Positions 59,647 through 64,000 of a stretch of 64,000 nt of DNA are shown piece by piece. Below the pieces are notes generated by a model. The model saw nothing but the letters and a program-made list of their open reading frames with translations. It had not been told where the DNA came from and ran no database searches. Made by a program: the position numbers and the translations under genes. The stretch covers positions 583,915 to 647,914 of the forward strand of contig CAWKBX010000009.1 of the NCBI GenBank assembly GCA_963847945.1, given 5' to 3'. The DNA is from an uncultured Actinomycetes bacterium. GTDB taxonomy: Bacteria > Actinomycetota > Acidimicrobiia > Acidimicrobiales > Ilumatobacteraceae. Numbering within the stretch: the first letter of the stretch is position 1; every line of letters starts with the position of its first letter.

Positions 59647-60655
59647 CGAGACGCCGGCGCACGGGGAACAAGTCGATCCCGGTCTTGTTGCGCAACCATC
59701 CCCACAGCCCCGACTGGAGGAGGAGGGCAACGGCGATGGCGACGACACCCGTGGCGATCAGGTACACCGTCGAATAGTCCTTGAACGCATCGCGCAGGAA
59801 GTAGAAGAGCACCGCGCCGAGGATTGGCCCCTCGATGGTCCCCAGCCCCCCGATCACCACAATGAAAATGATCGGTGCCGTCCACAGAATCACGCTGAAT
59901 GCCCCGCCGGTGCCGGTTGGCTGCACCCGCAACTGCCAGGTGTAGTACGTCGCCGCCGTCAGCCCCGTCCAGAACGCGGCGACCACCCAGATGACGAAGC
60001 GTATGCGATAGACGTTGGCCCCCAGCCCGCGCGCGCCCTCCTCGTTGTCGCGGATCGCTTGCATCTGCAGACCCTGGCGGCTGCGCAGCACGAGATAGGC
60101 GATCAGCACCGAGCCGATGCCGACGACCAGCGCCCACCAGTAGGCCATGTCGAGGCGGACTTCCTTGGAATAGCCCTTCACCTTCAGCGAGGCACCGTCA
60201 CCGGCGCCCAGCTTCTTCTGGGTGACCATCACCTTCGAACAAACCTCGGCGAGCACCCAGGTGCCGATGGCGAAATAGCTCCCGCGCAGCCGGAAGGCGA
60301 CCAGCCCGATCGGAACCGAGATCGCGGCGGCAACCAGTGCAGCCAGCGGGATCGACCAGTACAGGTTTTGGCCGTGCACGTTGACGAAGAAGATCATCGA
60401 GTACGCCCCGAGCCCGACGAACGCCTGCTGACCGACCGACACCACCCCGCCGAAGCCGGCGAGCAGGTTCCACATCTGGGCCATCGCCAGCAAGATCATC
60501 AACTCGAAAATCTTGCGCTGCAGCGAATCGCTGCCCCATGACGGGAGGGTGAGCAGCAACGCCAGGATGCCGAGCGCCACGACCGAGAACACCCGACTGG
60601 CCGTCGTCCCGCGCCGGACGCGGAAGGCCTCGGTCGAAACCGTTGTGGCGCTCAT
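59624..60655 (-). CDS. branched-chain amino acid ABC transporter permease (LivM type)
   Basis: Start at MSATTVST; multi-TM permease homologous to LivM. Confidence 0.85.
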   Translation of the reverse strand: MSATTVSTEAFRVRRGTTASRVFSVVALGILALLLTLPSWGSDSLQRKIFELMILLAMAQMWNLLAGFGGVVSVGQQAFVGLGAYSMIFFVNVHGQNLYWSIPLAALVAAAISVPIGLVAFRLRGSYFAIGTWVLAEVCSKVMVTQKKLGAGDGASLKVKGYSKEVRLDMAYWWALVVGIGSVLIAYLVLRSRQGLQMQAIRDNEEGARGLGANVYRIRFVIWVVAAFWTGLTAATYYTWQLRVQPTGTGGAFSVILWTAPIIFIVVIGGLGTIEGPILGAVLFYFLRDAFKDYSTVYLIATGVVAIAVALLLQSGLWGWLRNKTGIDLFPVRRRLVSPESPD

Positions 60656-61521
60656 CGGGCTTCCACCTTTCCGAACATGCCGGTAGGTCTGGAGGCGAGA
60701 ACGGCGAGGAACACGATGTGACCGGCGAGCTGACCGTATTGCGGATCGATCTGGTTGCCGACAAGTTGGGCGATCCCCAACGTGATCCCACCGGCGAGGG
60801 TGCCCCACAACGAGCCGAGCCCGCCGATGATCACGGTCTCGAAGGCGAAGATCAGGTTCTGCGGGCCGGTGAATGGGCTGAAGGTCTGCTTGGTACCGAG
60901 CAATACCCCGGCGAGGGCAACCGTGGCGATCGCCAACGCCATCGCCACCGCGTACACCCGGCGCACGTCGATACCCATCAACCGCGCCGCGTCGAGGTCG
61001 TCAGAGGTGGCCCGGAAGGCCCGGCCGAGCTTGGTCCGCGACAGAAACAGGGCCAGCCCGCCGAGCACGGCCACCGCACACAGCAGGGTGATCAGCGGCA
61101 GCCAACCGATCGAGATCTTGTCGTTGACCTTGATGCTGGCGGTCTCGATGCCGCCGGCGGTGAGGCCTCGCTCGTCGGCGGTGTACTTCTCGAGCAACAG
61201 GTTCTGCACCACGATGCCGAGACCGAAGGTGGCCACGATCTGGAACGCCGGGTTGACCCCGACGACCCGGTCGAAGATCAGCCGCTGCAACAGCAATCCG
61301 ACGATGAACGCGCCGGGCAGCACGATGACCAGGGCGAGCAGCGGGTTGATCTTCGCCGTGGTCGACAACGACAGGGTGACGAAGGCGGCGAGAATCGCCA
61401 GGTCACCGTGGGCGAGATTGACGAATCGCATGACTCCGAAAGCCAGCGACAGGCCCGTCGCGAAGAGCGCATAGAGCCCTCCGAGCAGGATCCCTTGGAT
61501 GATTGCATCGACCCAGACCAT
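60652..61521 (-). CDS. branched-chain amino acid ABC transporter permease (LivH type)
   Basis: MVWVDAIIQGILLGGLYALFATGLSLAFGV is a typical LivH N-terminus. Confidence 0.85.
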   Translation of the reverse strand: MVWVDAIIQGILLGGLYALFATGLSLAFGVMRFVNLAHGDLAILAAFVTLSLSTTAKINPLLALVIVLPGAFIVGLLLQRLIFDRVVGVNPAFQIVATFGLGIVVQNLLLEKYTADERGLTAGGIETASIKVNDKISIGWLPLITLLCAVAVLGGLALFLSRTKLGRAFRATSDDLDAARLMGIDVRRVYAVAMALAIATVALAGVLLGTKQTFSPFTGPQNLIFAFETVIIGGLGSLWGTLAGGITLGIAQLVGNQIDPQYGQLAGHIVFLAVLASRPTGMFGKVEAR

Positions 61522-62291
61522 CAGTGGGACCCTTCAGTCGAGGCAGAGCCGGTGGAAGCGATGCCCGTCGCGGTGAGCCCGAAGTAGGCGTCGGTGATCT
61601 GCTGGCGATCGGCGCTGGCCGGGGAGCCGGTCAGCGAAATGCGGCCTTCGAGCAGGCAGTAGAAGCGATCGGCGACCGACAGCGCCTGGTTGACGTCTTG
61701 TTCCACGATCAAGATCGTCGTGCCTTGCGCCTTGATGATCGGGACCGCCTCGTACACCTGCCGCACAACAATCGGGGCTAGGCCGAGCGACACCTCATCC
61801 ATCAACAGCAGTGTCGGGTTCGACATCAACGCGCGGCCGATCGCCAGGATCTGGCGTTCACCACCCGAGAGACCATTCGAACCGCGGCCCTTCAGCTTGT
61901 CGAGCAGCGGAAACGCGTCGAGCACGGTCTCGAAGTTCCACGGACCGGGCCGCCCGGTGTGGGCGCCGATCATCAGGTTCTCGGCGACCGACAACGACGG
62001 AAAGATCCGTCGGCCTTCGGGCACGAGGGCGATGCCATCGGCCACCCGCTTATGCGCCGGACGATCGGTAACGGGCGTCCCCGCCAGCGAGATCACCCCG
62101 CGGCGTGGCGCGACCAGCCCGGCGATCGACTTCAGCAATGTCGACTTACCGGCTCCGTTCGCCCCGATGATCGCCACCGTCTCCGCCTCGGCGACGTGCA
62201 GCGAGATGCCGAACAGCGCCTGGAAGTCGCCATAGCCGACATCGATCGATTCGACGTTGAGCATCTCTCGTTTCTCGTCGGACGTACTCAT
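61521..62291 (-). CDS. ABC transporter ATP-binding protein (LivF type)
   Basis: Walker A GANGAGKST, signature LSGGERQ, Walker B LLLMDE. Confidence 0.9.
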   Translation of the reverse strand: MSTSDEKREMLNVESIDVGYGDFQALFGISLHVAEAETVAIIGANGAGKSTLLKSIAGLVAPRRGVISLAGTPVTDRPAHKRVADGIALVPEGRRIFPSLSVAENLMIGAHTGRPGPWNFETVLDAFPLLDKLKGRGSNGLSGGERQILAIGRALMSNPTLLLMDEVSLGLAPIVVRQVYEAVPIIKAQGTTILIVEQDVNQALSVADRFYCLLEGRISLTGSPASADRQQITDAYFGLTATGIASTGSASTEGSH

Positions 62292-63037
62292 GATGCTGCC
62301 AGATCGTCGCCGAGATAGACGGAGCGGACCTCGTCGGAGGCCATCACCGTCTGCGGATCACCTTCGATGAGCTTGCGACCGGCATCGACGGCCATCATCC
62401 GGTCGACCACCCGCAGCAGAGCGTGGACGATGTGTTCGATCCACACGATCGAGACCCCCGAAGCGTGGATCTCTTTGATGGTGTCGACCAGCGCCAACAC
62501 CTCGGCCTCGGTCAGCCCACCGGCAATCTCGTCGAGCAGGAGCAACTTGGGTTGCGTCGCCAACGCCCGGGCCAACTCGAGTCGCTTGCGGTCGAGCAGG
62601 GTCAACGAACCGGCCAACGTGTTGACCTTGGCAAGCATCCCGGCGCGCTCAACCGCTTCGATCGCCGCCTCTTCCGGAGAACCTTTGAGCCGACCACCGG
62701 CGCCAACGGTGGCGCCGACCAGGACATTCTCGAAGACCGTCAGCCCTTCGAACGGGCGAGGAATCTGGGCAGTCCGCCCGATCCCGCGCTGACACCTTTT
62801 GTGCGCAGGAAGCCGACTGATGTCGACTCCGTCGAGCGAGACGGTGCCCGTCTCGGGCCGGAGATCACCGGCGATCAGGTTGAGGAGCGTGGTCTTACCC
62901 GCCCCATTGGGCCCGACGATGCCGAGGGCCTCGCCCTCGGCAACGTCGAACGTGAAGTCATCGACCACGACGAGAGCGCCGAAGCGCTTCGTCAGGCCGG
63001 CAACCCGTAGCAGGTCCCCCACAGCCCGATATGTCAA
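62288..63037 (-). CDS. ABC transporter ATP-binding protein (LivG type)
   Basis: Walker A GPNGAGKTT, Walker B LLLLDE. Confidence 0.9.
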   Translation of the reverse strand: MTYRAVGDLLRVAGLTKRFGALVVVDDFTFDVAEGEALGIVGPNGAGKTTLLNLIAGDLRPETGTVSLDGVDISRLPAHKRCQRGIGRTAQIPRPFEGLTVFENVLVGATVGAGGRLKGSPEEAAIEAVERAGMLAKVNTLAGSLTLLDRKRLELARALATQPKLLLLDEIAGGLTEAEVLALVDTIKEIHASGVSIVWIEHIVHALLRVVDRMMAVDAGRKLIEGDPQTVMASDEVRSVYLGDDLAAS

Positions 63038-64000
63038 TCAGCCGAGTGGGATGAGCTCGCCCGTCACCGGGATCTCAGGCGACAGCGGGTTGTTGGTGAC
63101 GTACAGCTCGAAGGGGTGCGCCCCATCTGACTTCTGCCACTGGCCACCGACGAGCGAGGTCGGGCTGACATTCTTCGGGACGCCACCCGCGCCGTAGGCC
63201 ACCGGGCCGACGATCGTGTCGAGCTTGGTCGCCGCCGCGGCATCGGCGATGGCCTGCTTGTCGGTCGAACCGGCGCGCGAGACGACATCGAGGGCAACTT
63301 CGAACAGGGCGTGAACGAAGCCGACGAACTGGGTCCACTGCTTGCCACCCTTCTCGTACTCGGCCGAGAGGTCCTTGGCCGACATGCCGGTCAGCGAGCT
63401 GGAGAACGGATGATCAGGGGTCCACCAAATCTCGGTGCAGATGCCGTTGCCGATGTCGCCGAGCGCCTCGACGGCGGCCGGGAACAACAGGGCCTTGGCG
63501 ACGGTGACCATCTTCGGGTTGAAGCCCTTTTGCTTGGCGGCCGTCCAGAAGTTGGCGAAGTCGGGCGGAATCGGAATGCCGACGACGATCTCGACCTCTT
63601 CGTCGATGAACTTCGAGATGATCGAGTCGAAGCTGTTCGACAAGGTCTCGTAGCGACCCGGGTCGACCATCGTGTAGCCACCGGCGGCCGCACCAGCCGG
63701 GAAGCCGGTCTTGGCGTCCGACAGGGCATTGCCGTCGGGATCATTCGGGGCGAACAGGCCGACCTTCTTGTTGCTCTCGATCGAGTCCCACAGGTTGACG
63801 AAGTTGCCGATGAGCTGCTCAGCACCCCAGAAGAAGTGGTACGTCCAGTCGAAACCGACGGCCGGATCGCCGCCGCGGCCGAAGAAGTACGGCTGCCACG
63901 GAGCAAGGGTCGACAGACACGGGACGCCGTTGGCCTCGCACTGATCGGCAACCGGGTTGATCATCTCGGGGGTGGCGATGGCGAGCATCATGTCGACCTC
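63038..64000 (-). CDS. ABC transporter substrate-binding protein (Leu/Ile/Val-binding family), N-terminus beyond the window
   Basis: Type I periplasmic-binding fold; the ORF runs off the window edge. Confidence 0.8.
   Translation of the reverse strand, partial: EVDMMLAIATPEMINPVADQCEANGVPCLSTLAPWQPYFFGRGGDPAVGFDWTYHFFWGAEQLIGNFVNLWDSIESNKKVGLFAPNDPDGNALSDAKTGFPAGAAAGGYTMVDPGRYETLSNSFDSIISKFIDEEVEIVVGIPIPPDFANFWTAAKQKGFNPKMVTVAKALLFPAAVEALGDIGNGICTEIWWTPDHPFSSSLTGMSAKDLSAEYEKGGKQWTQFVGFVHALFEVALDVVSRAGSTDKQAIADAAAATKLDTIVGPVAYGAGGVPKNVSPTSLVGGQWQKSDGAHPFELYVTNNPLSPEIPVTGELIPLG

Noticed and set aside
1-64000. tRNA/rRNA genes, prophage or integrase and transposase signatures
   Set aside because: No cloverleaf-like conserved tRNA segments (GTTCGAATC-type T-loops) or rRNA-like stretches were spotted by eye. 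No integrase, transposase or phage structural genes were found. The only mobile element supported is the group II intron.

Overview
High-GC (~68-70%) chromosomal window from an actinobacterium (Actinomycetota). The gene content is mycobacteria-like: WhiB-family regulators, a SenX3/RegX3-type two-component system, and an Rv0958/Rv0959-like AAA+ ATPase / vWA pair. Going left to right the window holds:
- fatty-acid-type genes (acyl-CoA dehydrogenase remnant, TetR, two enoyl-CoA hydratases);
- an unusual moaE-mreB-ech-RNB ribonuclease gene string;
- a group II intron with an intron-encoded RT/maturase lying in the 5' region of an epimerase gene;
- a DUF2342-like zincin protein, a Uma2 endonuclease and an MFS transporter;
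- a large phosphate-starvation supercluster (Tat-dependent phoX, then pstSCAB-phoU-senX3-regX3 as one minus-strand operon, then ppk1), with candidate direct-repeat Pho boxes;
- two whiB-like genes flanking a lone tatA;
- a vWA protein and a ChlI/MoxR-like AAA+ ATPase separated by an insert carrying a minimal class III nucleotidyl cyclase, a GH1-like gene, an SPFH protein and a heavily frameshifted aldehyde dehydrogenase;
- a retron-type reverse transcriptase with a structured upstream leader, next to a PhyH-family dioxygenase and converging on an orphan tuf-rpsJ pair that has no fusA or rplC neighbours;
- an operon of two Rieske-domain fusion proteins (Rieske-GltS-like and Rieske-TPP enzyme);
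- a RIO-type kinase;
- two paralogous catabolic clusters with cytochrome P450s (one intact, one decayed), SDRs, amidohydrolases, a serine hydrolase, a ThuA-like protein and an orphan CoxL-type molybdenum hydroxylase;
- a branched-chain-amino-acid-type ABC transporter.
Frameshifts are concentrated in particular genes while long neighbouring genes are intact. The retron-like RT locus and the Rieske-fusion operon are the best candidates for undescribed biology.
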